A stretch of 64,000 nt of DNA from assembly GCA_964549395.1 (NCBI GenBank), contig CAZJVY010000009.1, positions 23 through 64,022 on the forward strand, read 5' to 3'. Made by a program: the position numbers and the translations under genes. Each line of letters begins with the position of its first letter. Positions within the stretch are counted from its first letter, which is position 1. Origin of the DNA: an uncultured Armatimonadia bacterium. Its GTDB lineage: Bacteria > Armatimonadota > Zipacnadia > Zipacnadales > UBA11051. Shown here one piece after another: positions 31,659 to 41,108 of the stretch. The notes beneath the pieces are model-generated. The model saw nothing but the letters and a program-made list of their open reading frames with translations. It was not told the origin of the DNA and ran no database searches.

Positions 31659-32702
31659 CTAGCTCCCGCAGCAGCAGCAGCCGCCCAGGCTCGCACCGAT
31701 CATGGTGATTAGCTCGGCAGTCCGCATCGAGTAGCCCCACTCGTTGTCATACCAGCCCAGCACCTTCACCAGCGTGCCGCCGATGACCTTGGTGTACTCC
31801 GAGTCGAAGACGCACGACGCCGGGTTGCCCACGATGTCGGCCCGCACCAGCGGGGCCTCGCTGTACTCCAGGTAGCCCTTCAGTTCGCCCTCGGCCGCCG
31901 TCCTGAACGCCGCGTTAACCTCCTCGGGGCTCGTCGCCTTCTCCACATTGAGCACGAAGTCGGTGACCGAGCCGGTCGGTGTCGGGACGCGCAGCGCTAT
32001 CCCGTCCAGCTTCTTATCCAGCGCGGGTATCACCAGGCCAATGGCTTTGGCGGCGCCCGTGCTCGTCGGCACGATGTTCTCCGCCGCCGAACGCGCCCGG
32101 CGTAGGTCCTTGTGCGGGCCGTCCATCAGGTTCTGGTCCGCCGTGTAGCTGTGCACCGTGGTGATGATGCCGTTGATGATCGTGAAATTCTCGTGCAGCA
32201 CCTTCGCCATCGGCGCCAATGAATTGGTCGTACACGATGCATTCGAAATCAGGTTGTGCTTGGCGGGATCGTAGGTGTCCTCATTGACCCCCAGCACCAG
32301 CGTGGTCAGATCATCGGCGCTGCCCTTTGCAGGCGCGGAGATGATGACCTTCTTGGCCCCGGCCTCCAGGTGCTTGCGCGCGCCATCCGGGTCCACGAAG
32401 CGGCCGGTCGACTCCAGAACCACGGAAACACCCAGGTCCCCCCACGGCAGCGCCGCCGGGTCCCTCTCCTCCAGGCTCTTGATCTCCGTGCCGTTGACGA
32501 TGATGGCCTTGTCGCCGTCCTTGATGTCAGCATCGAAGCGGCCGTAAACGCTGTCGTATTTGAGCAGGTGTGCCAGCGTCGCATCGTCGGTGAGGTCATT
32601 GACCGCCACCACTTCCACATCATCGGCATAGTTTTCATACAGAGCCTTGAATACCTGGCGGCCGATACGCCCGAAGCCGTTAATGCCTACCTTTACTGAC
32701 AC
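31659..32702 (-). CDS. gap: Type I glyceraldehyde-3-phosphate dehydrogenase
   Basis: [38 protein letters not shown]; unusual GGCCCCGS tail. Confidence 0.98.
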   Translation of the reverse strand: MSVKVGINGFGRIGRQVFKALYENYADDVEVVAVNDLTDDATLAHLLKYDSVYGRFDADIKDGDKAIIVNGTEIKSLEERDPAALPWGDLGVSVVLESTGRFVDPDGARKHLEAGAKKVIISAPAKGSADDLTTLVLGVNEDTYDPAKHNLISNASCTTNSLAPMAKVLHENFTIINGIITTVHSYTADQNLMDGPHKDLRRARSAAENIVPTSTGAAKAIGLVIPALDKKLDGIALRVPTPTGSVTDFVLNVEKATSPEEVNAAFRTAAEGELKGYLEYSEAPLVRADIVGNPASCVFDSEYTKVIGGTLVKVLGWYDNEWGYSMRTAELITMIGASLGGCCCCGS

Positions 32703-32815
32703 TGTCTATCTCCTCCTGATATGAGCCACAGATTTAAGCGGTCAACATGCTCGCCGGTGTTTCTGCCAACTGACGCCGCAACTGCCGCTCTGTTGAACTG
32801 TGGAAAGAATATATT

Positions 32816-32866
32816 GTTATACCATTCGCCACCCCCATTTATACTACATCCCAAACCCTTTTACAA
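32816..32866 (-). promoter_or_regulatory. gap-pgk-tpiA promoter(s)
   Basis: Minus TTGTAA-17-TATAAA (32866-32838) and extended -10 TGgTATAAC (32824-32816) in an AT-rich patch. Confidence 0.6.
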
Positions 32867-34147
32867 CCCTATCCGCCGCTCCTCTGCCGCCAACCGCATG
32901 ATCGTCTCCGCCAGCTTGTCCGGATCGTGACGCGCCCAGTCATCATCCGACAGAAGCGCCCCACCCACCGGTATGTAACCCATCCGCGCAATCACCGCCG
33001 CATCCGGCACCACGAACGTTGCACCCGCCGCGCTATACCGCTCCAGAGTCGCCCTGTCCGGCCGCCGGCTGTTCACCACCACATAGTCGAAAACCGGATG
33101 ATCCACATGCCGCTCGATTGCAGCCACGTGGTCCGAAGCCTTGAAATCATCCGTCTCCCCGGGCTGCGTCATCACGTTACACACGAAGATGCGCACCGCC
33201 GACGTGTTCGCCAGCGCCTCGGCGACCCCTTGCACCAGCAGGTTCGGAATCACGCTCGTGTACGTGCTCCCCGGCCCGATGACCACAATCTGCGCCTCTG
33301 CAATCGCCTGCAGCGCGTCCGGCACCGCCGGCGGAGCGGCCGGATCAAGATACACGTAATCTATCATCTCCGGCGAGCTCACAATCGTCGTCTCACCCCG
33401 CAGCTCCGTACCGCTCGCCGTATGCGCACATAGCTCCACATGCTGCAGCGTAGGGGGCACCACCCGGCCCCGGATCGCCAGAACCCGGCTCGTCTCCTTC
33501 ACTGCCAGCTCGAAATCCCCGGTGATGTCCGTCAGTGCCGCCAGCAGCAGGTTCCCCAGGTTGTGCCCTCCCAGCTCCCCGCTGGTGCCGTTGAACCGGT
33601 ATTGCAGAAGCTGAGTCATCAACGGCTCTTCGTCCGCCAGCGCCACCAGGCAGTTGCGGATGTCCCCGGGCGGCAGATTGAGGATGGATAGCTCCCTCGT
33701 CAGCCGCCCCGAACTGCCCCCGTCGTCCGACACCGTCGCAATCGCAGTCAGGTTCGATGTTCGCTTCTTGAGACCGCGAAGCACATACGATAGACCCGTC
33801 CCGCCGCCGACCGTCACCACTGCTGGCCCCATTGCCCGCCGCCGCCGCACCAGCATCACGTCCACAAGCTGATTCTCATCCGGCAACAGTGCCCGCGCCA
33901 CCGACCGCACAACCTGCCGCACCGACAGCGCCACCACCAGCAACCCCAGGACAATCGCCACCGTCCCGAAGAGGCTCGCCGCCCACGGGCCACCGCTGTA
34001 TGCCGTCAGCTCGTAGGCGAACAGGTTCAGCACCAACACCGCGCCGATCGCCGCCAGCGCGATGCCGCCAAGCATCAGCGCAAACCAGCGCTTCACGTGC
34101 AGCCCCGGCTGCAGCCACCGTAGTGCCCGCCGCCAGCGTGAGGTCAT
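32861..34147 (-). CDS. yvcK: Gluconeogenesis factor YvcK/GlmR family with N-terminal TM helices
   Basis: GGGTGL, DDGGSSG, PPGDIRNCL, GHNLGNL, GPGSTYTSVIPNL, NVMTQPGET, RHDP. Confidence 0.92.
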   Translation of the reverse strand: MTSRWRRALRWLQPGLHVKRWFALMLGGIALAAIGAVLVLNLFAYELTAYSGGPWAASLFGTVAIVLGLLVVALSVRQVVRSVARALLPDENQLVDVMLVRRRRAMGPAVVTVGGGTGLSYVLRGLKKRTSNLTAIATVSDDGGSSGRLTRELSILNLPPGDIRNCLVALADEEPLMTQLLQYRFNGTSGELGGHNLGNLLLAALTDITGDFELAVKETSRVLAIRGRVVPPTLQHVELCAHTASGTELRGETTIVSSPEMIDYVYLDPAAPPAVPDALQAIAEAQIVVIGPGSTYTSVIPNLLVQGVAEALANTSAVRIFVCNVMTQPGETDDFKASDHVAAIERHVDHPVFDYVVVNSRRPDRATLERYSAAGATFVVPDAAVIARMGYIPVGGALLSDDDWARHDPDKLAETIMRLAAEERRIGL

Positions 34148-34178
34148 CGCCGCCCGCTCCCCTCTAACCGTCTCACGC

Positions 34179-34709
34179 TCACCACATCTCGTATTCCTGG
34201 TAATGCGGGTTGAGCAGCAGCCCCTCCCCGCGCGAGCGCGTCACCGCTATCTCCTCCGCAACCGCCTCCGCCAGCTCCTTGCTGTCCGCTCTCAGCACCA
34301 GCGTCCACAAATTCCCCGCAATCACATCGGCCACATTGTCCCCATAGCCCAGCCGTCCCTGCAGCGCACCCAGTATCCCATCTCCCGAGCCGCTCTCCGG
34401 ATCGGTCACCAGAACATTCACCGCATACGCCCCGTCATCAACCTTGACGGTGCAGTTGTGCACCCCCGTCGCCACCTGGTAGCGATGCTTATTCGGGTTG
34501 ACGAACAGGTTCGTATTCTCCGCCAGATCCCTGGCGATCTGCAATGCTTCCTGCTCGCTGTCTGTCAGCAGGCTCAGGCGGTAGTAGTCCGCTCTGCGCA
34601 GCTCGACCAGAACGTCGCCATATCCCAATCGCCGCCGCAACGCACCCGCCGCCGTCAGGGCTGTCACGTCCGGTATCTTCAGGTCCACCGTCAGCTCAAC
34701 TATTTGCAT
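34179..34709 (-). CDS. Tandem PurS-like domain protein
   Basis: Two internal repeats (AL..RLGYGD ... L.NP...Y) matching the PurS pattern. Confidence 0.6.
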   Translation of the reverse strand: MQIVELTVDLKIPDVTALTAAGALRRRLGYGDVLVELRRADYYRLSLLTDSEQEALQIARDLAENTNLFVNPNKHRYQVATGVHNCTVKVDDGAYAVNVLVTDPESGSGDGILGALQGRLGYGDNVADVIAGNLWTLVLRADSKELAEAVAEEIAVTRSRGEGLLLNPHYQEYEMW

Positions 34710-34821
34710 GTCAATTTCACCATTCCGCAGGAGAATGCCGCCCCCGTGGCGAATGCCAGGTACGACCTAGCAATTCGTCGGCTGAAAGCCGGCTACCTGC
34801 CGCGCCGAGAGATGACCCGCA

Positions 34822-35478
34822 ATGAACGTGCCAATTGAGGGAGCCGACCAGGAACGCGAGGACGCGCAGCAACAGACTGCCGAACTCGAAGACGAGATTC
34901 TCGCCGCCGCGCAGAGAATCCTCGGCCAGGCCGGTGCCTACTCCATTCTCCACCCCGCCTGCGGCAACGGGCGCTATGCGCGCCATCTTGCCGCCGCCGG
35001 CTTCTCCGTCACCGCCTTCGATCTGCTCACACTCATGGTCCGCGGTGCCGCCACCAGGGCCGTGTCATCCAATCTGACGATCCGTTACCTCGTTGACGAC
35101 CCATCGCTCCCCGCGCGCGACATGGGGGAGTTCGACGGTGTCTTCGCCCCCGATATCATCCACCTCTTCGAGGCCCACCAGCGACAGCGCATCATCCGGC
35201 TTCTGTGCAAGCGTCTCCGCCCCGGCGGCGTCGCCATCGTCACGGTTCTCTCCGACCGCGACGCACGCTACGGTCGCGGCCGGGAGATAGAGCCGGGCAC
35301 CTTCGAGGTCGGGCCGGGCCTCATCATGCACTTTTACTCAGAAGAGGAACTGCACTACGAACTGGAGCGGTACTTCCAGGTCTCGGCCATCGAGGCGGTC
35401 ACGGAAGTGGATACGGACCATTTGGGGACCAAACGCGAGTACTCCGTTCTCCTCGCCTGCGGCACCAAGCGCGCCTGA
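34822..35478 (+). CDS. Class I SAM-dependent methyltransferase
   Basis: ACGNGRYA, VTAFD, FDGV, LRPGG. Confidence 0.8.
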   Translation: MNVPIEGADQEREDAQQQTAELEDEILAAAQRILGQAGAYSILHPACGNGRYARHLAAAGFSVTAFDLLTLMVRGAATRAVSSNLTIRYLVDDPSLPARDMGEFDGVFAPDIIHLFEAHQRQRIIRLLCKRLRPGGVAIVTVLSDRDARYGRGREIEPGTFEVGPGLIMHFYSEEELHYELERYFQVSAIEAVTEVDTDHLGTKREYSVLLACGTKRA

Positions 35479-35544
35479 ACCGCCCACCAGCCGGGACTGC
35501 TTACCCCTCGATACTTCGAACGCCAGTGGGCCGGCCCCGCGCCG

Positions 35545-36333
35545 CTATTTCCCTATTGTGTACGTGAGGCCATACGTCATCTGCCGCAAGTCGGCGATCC
35601 CCACGAAGAACACCAGGTTGTCGTTCTTCTCCGGCCTGCTGAAGCCGTAGCTGATCCCCCCGTTGATGCCCAGAGTGTCATACTCGGCCGCAACCGCCAG
35701 CCTCCGGTTCACCCGGTAGCAGAGCCCGCCGAACGCCCCCTCGAAGCGCCCGCTGCCCGCCCCCAGCGTCATGTATATCGGCTTCTCGTCCGAAGCCACC
35801 TGGTCCGTCACCACCACGTAGTAGCTGCGCGCATCGCCTGCAAACGGTGTCTTTGCCGAGGCAGCCCGCTGGTTCGTCAGGTCTATGCCGCCGATTGCGA
35901 CAGCCGGCCCGTACTCGTCATAGGGACGGATCTGCCACTGCAGATTGTACACCGGCTCCCATTCATCGCTCGTGCCCATGTAGCCGACGCACACCCCGTG
36001 CCCCGGATTGCCAAACCCCAAACCGAAGTTCAGCGTCCCGTTCACATCCGGGCCCTTGTAGTCGAACTTCATGCCGCCGCCGTCGCAGCCCACGTTGGCA
36101 TCAATCGTGTAGTTGCCCGAGCACGGCGTGAACGCCAGCGGAATCGCCATCTGTACCGCCCCGTCGGCCCCGACCTTGCCATCAATCGTCACTCCCGATT
36201 GGTTGCCCGGAACTCCGGAATGGTAGCGGAACTCGATGTACTCATCGAACGGCCCGGCAACCGCCAGTGAGCAGATACCAGAGACTAACACGCACAGCAA
36301 CACGCCCTGTCGCATTCTCGTGCAATCATGCAT
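35545..36333 (-). CDS. Secreted YjbH-like outer-membrane beta-barrel protein
   Basis: Signal peptide, PAVAIG..D, TLGAGSGRFEGAFGG, AEYD; start uncertain. Confidence 0.55.
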   Translation of the reverse strand: MHDCTRMRQGVLLCVLVSGICSLAVAGPFDEYIEFRYHSGVPGNQSGVTIDGKVGADGAVQMAIPLAFTPCSGNYTIDANVGCDGGGMKFDYKGPDVNGTLNFGLGFGNPGHGVCVGYMGTSDEWEPVYNLQWQIRPYDEYGPAVAIGGIDLTNQRAASAKTPFAGDARSYYVVVTDQVASDEKPIYMTLGAGSGRFEGAFGGLCYRVNRRLAVAAEYDTLGINGGISYGFSRPEKNDNLVFFVGIADLRQMTYGLTYTIGK

Positions 36334-36485
36334 CTTGCTCATTCCTTCCTGGCACCGAATTAGCTCTACCGCCTCGACGGCCCTACTGGGGCGGACATGC
36401 CTCATACCGTTGACTCCTGGACTCCTTCGACTATTCCCCCCCCGTTCATCCCGGACCTGCGCCCAGCGTTTCCTATGCGACCGTT

Positions 36486-37286
36486 TCACTCACCCTCGCC
36501 GCTGCTCGCCACGGCGTCCAGGATCTGCCGGTGGCGTCGGCAGATGCGGCTTTCCGGCCCGACCTGCGCCTCCAGCAGTTCGCGATGCCTCTCCGCCGCG
36601 TGCAGCGGGCAACTCGGATCGGGGCACGGCCCCTCGCCCGTGGCCCGGTATGCCACTGCTATCAGCAGATAGCCCTTCAGCAGCTCGTTGACGCGCGGAT
36701 CGCCATAGCCCACTGTGCGGTCGGCGAACTGGTCCTCAAGCTCATCCAGGTGCTCGACCGCGCCCAGCATCGCATATTGCGTCCTCCTGAAGTGATACTC
36801 TCTGGGCAGCCTGGGCGCCTCGATCAGCCCGCTGGTCGAGATGATATTCGGACTCCCCAACGCTGCAACCCCGATCCGCAGGCCGGTACGCGCGTCAACT
36901 TCCCCTACAAGCTCCGACGTGAACATGATATGCAGATGGCTCAGGTCAGCCTCCTCTTCGGGTATCAGCAGCCGCATCGCCGCCTGCAGCGATTGCGCGA
37001 CGTACATCTCGCCCAGGCGCGCATCCCCCGTCACGTCGCTCAGCAGTAGACTCCCGCTGCCTTCCAGTGCCTTCACCCTCGCGCCCTCAACCTGCCTTGA
37101 TAGCTCGCCCCCTAGAATCTCGCGCTCCTTCTCGCTGAACCGCCCCAGGTGGTAAGTGATGAAATCAGTCCGCACGCCGACCTCGACGCCCGGCAACTCG
37201 GCGGCCAGATAGCCCGCCAGGTAGCCGATGTCCAGCCCCTCGCTATACGGGTCGTCGTACAGGTAGATTGTGCGCACCCGTGTCAC
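36486..37286 (-). CDS. Conserved hypothetical protein, putative metallopeptidase-like (DUF6775-like)
   Basis: ISTSGLIEAP..P.EY and KGY...Y..TGE..C....C.L pattern, recognised from memory of the family. Confidence 0.55.
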   Translation of the reverse strand: MTRVRTIYLYDDPYSEGLDIGYLAGYLAAELPGVEVGVRTDFITYHLGRFSEKEREILGGELSRQVEGARVKALEGSGSLLLSDVTGDARLGEMYVAQSLQAAMRLLIPEEEADLSHLHIMFTSELVGEVDARTGLRIGVAALGSPNIISTSGLIEAPRLPREYHFRRTQYAMLGAVEHLDELEDQFADRTVGYGDPRVNELLKGYLLIAVAYRATGEGPCPDPSCPLHAAERHRELLEAQVGPESRICRRHRQILDAVASSGEGE

Positions 37287-37561
37287 TCTGACAGCACCCT
37301 TCGCAGCCTCTCCAGCACTTCCTCGCGCGAGCAGCCCTCTACCGCGACCGTTTTGTCTCTGGAGGTCTCACCGGCGACGATGCTGATGTCTCGCGCCCGC
37401 ACGCCGAGCGCCTTGGCAAGCACCTTAATCACCTGCGCATTCGCCGCTCCGTCCACCGGCGCCGCGCTCACCTTCACCGCGAGCTGCTTCCCTCGCCAGC
37501 CGCTCAACTCGTTGCGTGACGCTCTGGGGCTCACTCGAATTGCCAGCCGTACCGATCCCAT
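37283..37561 (-). CDS. DUF167 / YggU family protein
   Basis: VSPRAS, AAPVDGAAN, GETSRDK. Confidence 0.9.
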   Translation of the reverse strand: MGSVRLAIRVSPRASRNELSGWRGKQLAVKVSAAPVDGAANAQVIKVLAKALGVRARDISIVAGETSRDKTVAVEGCSREEVLERLRRVLSE

Positions 37562-37588
37562 CGCAGTTCTCTCCGCCTGGGTACCGCA

Positions 37589-39199
37589 TCAGTAGCTCAG
37601 CAGCAGTATCACACAGAACACCAGCACATTGTTCAGCGCATGGCACGCGATGCACGGGATGACCGACCGTGACCGTTCGTACAATATGGCCAGCACTATG
37701 CCGAGCCCCGCGATCTGCATCACCCCCGCGCTGCTCAAGTGCAGCGAGGCGAAGACTGCGGCGCCGATTATCACTGCCGGGAAGGGGGTCAGGTATCGCC
37801 GCAGAGCAGGGTACATGAATCCGCGGAAGATCAACTCCTCCGCCACCGGGCCGATCACCCCCAGCAGCATCAGGTAAATTGCTATGGATGTCGCGCTCTG
37901 ATGGCCGAGAAGCCGTACGCCCAACTGCAGCGGGTCCAGGCACGCTAGCGAGCTCCCGTGCGCCAGCACCGCCGCCACCATGATGACCAGTAGATACACG
38001 CTGTAGCCGGCGATGCCCCCACACACCAGCGGCCCCAGCCTCCCGCCGGTTCGCAGTCCCAGTGTGCTCAACTTACGGCCGGCGGATGCCTTCACCCGCC
38101 GCATCATCACCGCCACTCCTGCCAATACCATGAGCAGGTACTGCGCCGCGGTGAGAGCCGCCTGTGTGGTCGGATTGTGTGCCGCCTGTCCCAGATGCCG
38201 GGCGACCAGCCCCCCGAGCTGCCCCAGGACTACCAGCCCGAACATCAGTGCCACCAGCACCTCTGCAACATCCAGCAACTGCCACGGCACCAGCAGCGGC
38301 GTTCTGGCCCGCCCTGCGCCGACCGGCTTCAGCTTGCCGAACATCCCGTTCCACAGCAGCCGCAGCAGCAGCACCGCGCTGACCGCCAGCAGCACCGCCA
38401 GCACACCGGCCAGCAGCACCGCCCGCATCCCGAACGACCACTGGTGCGCCGCAGCCGTCTTGCGGGCCGCATCCAGCGCACTCCGCTCGTCCGTCATCCC
38501 CTGATGGCGCCGCCCGCCGGCATATTGCGGCCAGCGCCGCCCCGATTCCCTCTGGCCCTGCGACTGGTCCGCCCCCGGCGTTGCTGCCGAGTGCGCAGCC
38601 GCCTCAGTGTCCTCCGTCAATTCGTAGTAGCGCGGGATCGTCAGGTCCTGCAGCCAGCGCGGCAGCTTCTGCAACTGCGGCAGCACCCCTTCCAGCCCCC
38701 GGTCCTCCTCCGCATCCGGCGAGAACAGCCGCATCAGCGCTATGTAGATCGGCTCGTTCTCAGGATCCTGTCGCGTGGCAGCGAAGAACATCTCCTGCGC
38801 CTGCTCCGGGTACTCCCGTAGCGCGTAGAATATCCCCAGCCGGTACTGGGCATAGGGGTTCGCGTTGTGGGGGATCAGCACTATCCGCTCATATCCCGCC
38901 ACGGCTCTGTCATTGAGAACGTCTGCGCTGAGTGTCGGCGGCAATTCCATACCCACACGGGTGCGCGCCTGCTCGGCCGCCAGCGCCAGCCGCACCGTCA
39001 TGTCTGGCTCAATCAATTGCCGCTGCGCCGCCTCCTGCCACTGCGCGTACGGCGCCCGCGACGACTGCTCCTGCTTCGCTTGCGTGTTAGCATGATGCAA
39101 TGCCAGCGCCGCCGCGAAAAGAGCGCCGACCGCCGCAACCCGCACCAGAACGGTTCGTCCCATGGGAGTTGTCTGTGTCTCTGACACCGGCCTGCCCAC
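37589..39199 (-). CDS. CPBP (Abi/CAAX) intramembrane glutamic protease with N-terminal TPR-like domain
   Basis: EELIFRG, FASLH, HALNN; TPR-like segment NPYAQYRLG...DPEN; start uncertain. Confidence 0.85.
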   Translation of the reverse strand: MGRPVSETQTTPMGRTVLVRVAAVGALFAAALALHHANTQAKQEQSSRAPYAQWQEAAQRQLIEPDMTVRLALAAEQARTRVGMELPPTLSADVLNDRAVAGYERIVLIPHNANPYAQYRLGIFYALREYPEQAQEMFFAATRQDPENEPIYIALMRLFSPDAEEDRGLEGVLPQLQKLPRWLQDLTIPRYYELTEDTEAAAHSAATPGADQSQGQRESGRRWPQYAGGRRHQGMTDERSALDAARKTAAAHQWSFGMRAVLLAGVLAVLLAVSAVLLLRLLWNGMFGKLKPVGAGRARTPLLVPWQLLDVAEVLVALMFGLVVLGQLGGLVARHLGQAAHNPTTQAALTAAQYLLMVLAGVAVMMRRVKASAGRKLSTLGLRTGGRLGPLVCGGIAGYSVYLLVIMVAAVLAHGSSLACLDPLQLGVRLLGHQSATSIAIYLMLLGVIGPVAEELIFRGFMYPALRRYLTPFPAVIIGAAVFASLHLSSAGVMQIAGLGIVLAILYERSRSVIPCIACHALNNVLVFCVILLLSY

Positions 39200-39212
39200 C
39201 TCGTGCCTGCCG

Positions 39213-39500
39213 TTACCCGAATGCCAGCCGCCGCAGCAACTGGCGCACCACTTCGATGCCGACTAAGAGCACCAAGACGGAGAAATCAAGTGGAGAATTG
39301 CGCTGATAGGGGGCCAGCCACCTGCGTATCGGCACCAGCAGCGGCTCCGTTATCGCATAGATGGCGGGAACCACGCCTCGCATCAGGGGATGGTAAGGAG
39401 GCAACTGAAACCAGCTCAGTGCAGCGCGGACGAACAACACCAACTCGTACAGCATCAATATCCGGTCAACGATGTAGAACGCGCCGATGGGTATGAAGAT
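39213..39500 (-). CDS. yggT: YggT/YlmG family membrane protein (start uncertain: ATC 39500 or TTG 39458)
   Basis: RAALSWF, ITEPLL.PIRR, LDFS; follows proC. Confidence 0.88.
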   Translation of the reverse strand: MFIPIGAFYIVDRILMLYELVLFVRAALSWFQLPPYHPLMRGVVPAIYAITEPLLVPIRRWLAPYQRNSPLDFSVLVLLVGIEVVRQLLRRLAFG

Positions 39501-39506
39501 AGCAGG

Positions 39507-40319
39507 TCAACTCCCCAGCTCGCGAGACCGTCTCGTCGCAGCCATGACCGCCTCCATCACCGCCGCACGCAGTCCACCATCTTCCAGCGCCTTGATGCCG
39601 GCGATGGTCGTGCCCGCCGGCGAGGTCACCATGTCCTTCAGCACGCTGGGCCGAAAGTCGTTCTCTTGCAGCCACCGCCCGGTCCCCAACACCGTCTGTG
39701 CCGCAAGTCGCGCCGCCTGATCCCGCGACAGGCCCGCAGCTACCGCTCCATCGGTCAGCGCCTCCACGAATGCCGCCACAAACGCCGGCCCGCTACCCGA
39801 AAGGCCTGTCACCGCGTCCATCAGATGCTCGCTCACCACCACCGCCGTCCCCACCGCATTCAGCAGCATGTCAACAAGCTCTATCTGCTTCACGCTACAG
39901 GCCGCATTCGCGCAGTAGGCGCTGGCCGCCGCGCCTACGGTGCACAGGATGTTCGGCATCACTCGCACGATGCTCGTATCGGCCCCCAGCGCCGCCTCGT
40001 ACCTCGCTAGCGGCACTCCCGCCGCAATCGAGATCACAAGCTGCTCGTCTATCACTGCAGCAAGCTCGCCCAGAACCGCATCCAGTACTTGCGGTTTAAC
40101 TGCCAGCAGAACGGTCCGGGCTGCCTCCGCCGCTTCGATGGCGCTCTGCGTCGTCGCCACGCCCAGGTCCTTCATGGCCTGCAGGCGCGAGGCATCAGTG
40201 TCGGCGGCCATAACGTCCCCGGCCGCGACGGCCCCCGCGGCGACCAGGCTGCCCGCCATCCCGGACCCCATCGCTCCGCATCCGATCACCGCTAGCTTGT
40301 ACGCCCTGTCATTCGCCAT
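39507..40319 (-). CDS. proC: Pyrroline-5-carboxylate reductase
   Basis: IGCGAMG, LAVKPQ, SIAAG, RVMPN, SGSGPA, VTSPAGTT. Confidence 0.96.
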   Translation of the reverse strand: MANDRAYKLAVIGCGAMGSGMAGSLVAAGAVAAGDVMAADTDASRLQAMKDLGVATTQSAIEAAEAARTVLLAVKPQVLDAVLGELAAVIDEQLVISIAAGVPLARYEAALGADTSIVRVMPNILCTVGAAASAYCANAACSVKQIELVDMLLNAVGTAVVVSEHLMDAVTGLSGSGPAFVAAFVEALTDGAVAAGLSRDQAARLAAQTVLGTGRWLQENDFRPSVLKDMVTSPAGTTIAGIKALEDGGLRAAVMEAVMAATRRSRELGS

Positions 40320-40401
40320 AGTCCACACAGCTCTGGTCTGGCACAAAACCCCGTCGGCCGATCCGACGGGGCCCGGCCTCCCTCATCGGGCCTGTGCCGC
40401 A

Positions 40402-40872
40402 TTAGTGATCTTCCGGCGCTCCGAACAGGTCGTCCCGCTCGCGGCTGCTCGGCCCGCCTCCGCTCAATACCAGCCGCTCCACCGGCATGTCGAACGGCGA
40501 GCACACGTACACCCACTCCGCGATCCGCCGCATGTGCCCATTCAGGCCGTAGGTGACCCCGCCGATGAAGTCACGGATGCGGCCGGCCTCGCCCTCGTGA
40601 GCCGACTGCAGGTTCAGCACCACCGGCAGCCGATGCTTGATCTCATCGGCAACCGCCGTCGCCTCCTCCATGTTCATCGGCTCCGCGCGGATGATCGTGA
40701 CGCCCGCGAACTCACTCCGCTCGCCGCGCAACGGGATTACGCCCGAATCGCTCTCCCGGTCGCGGTAGTCGTCAGGGTGAGGGTAGCCGGGTTCGCCGTA
40801 GGTGTCGCTGTAACGTCCCTGTGACCGCAACGCAAAGAGGTCCAGCGCCCGCGCCAGCAATGGCTTCGACAT
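40402..40872 (-). CDS. sepF: Cell division protein SepF
   Basis: IRAEP...EEA..VAD.IK...PVVLNL...RIRDF..G..Y.L.G; yggS-sepF synteny. Confidence 0.9.
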   Translation of the reverse strand: MSKPLLARALDLFALRSQGRYSDTYGEPGYPHPDDYRDRESDSGVIPLRGERSEFAGVTIIRAEPMNMEEATAVADEIKHRLPVVLNLQSAHEGEAGRIRDFIGGVTYGLNGHMRRIAEWVYVCSPFDMPVERLVLSGGGPSSRERDDLFGAPEDH

Positions 40873-41108
40873 CGTAACGCCTCCATTTCTGTGATGCTTG
40901 CTGTGATCTCGGTCCTGTTGCCGGATGTCGAACGACGGAGCTGTCTTACGCGTACCTGGAGCCTATCTCAACTTGCTGCGAATATGTGCTCTATCCGTTC
41001 CTGCAACTCGAACTGCCCACTAATCGAGCCGATGATTTCCGGGGACGACAGACATCGGTACTAATCCACGCCGCCCACACTACCTCCCGGCCTCGCGCAG
41101 GCCGACCC

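Noticed and set aside
39440-39509. Selenocysteine recoding of the proC UGA
   Set aside because: No convincing SECIS-like hairpin downstream, and the position is the normal ProC C-terminus.
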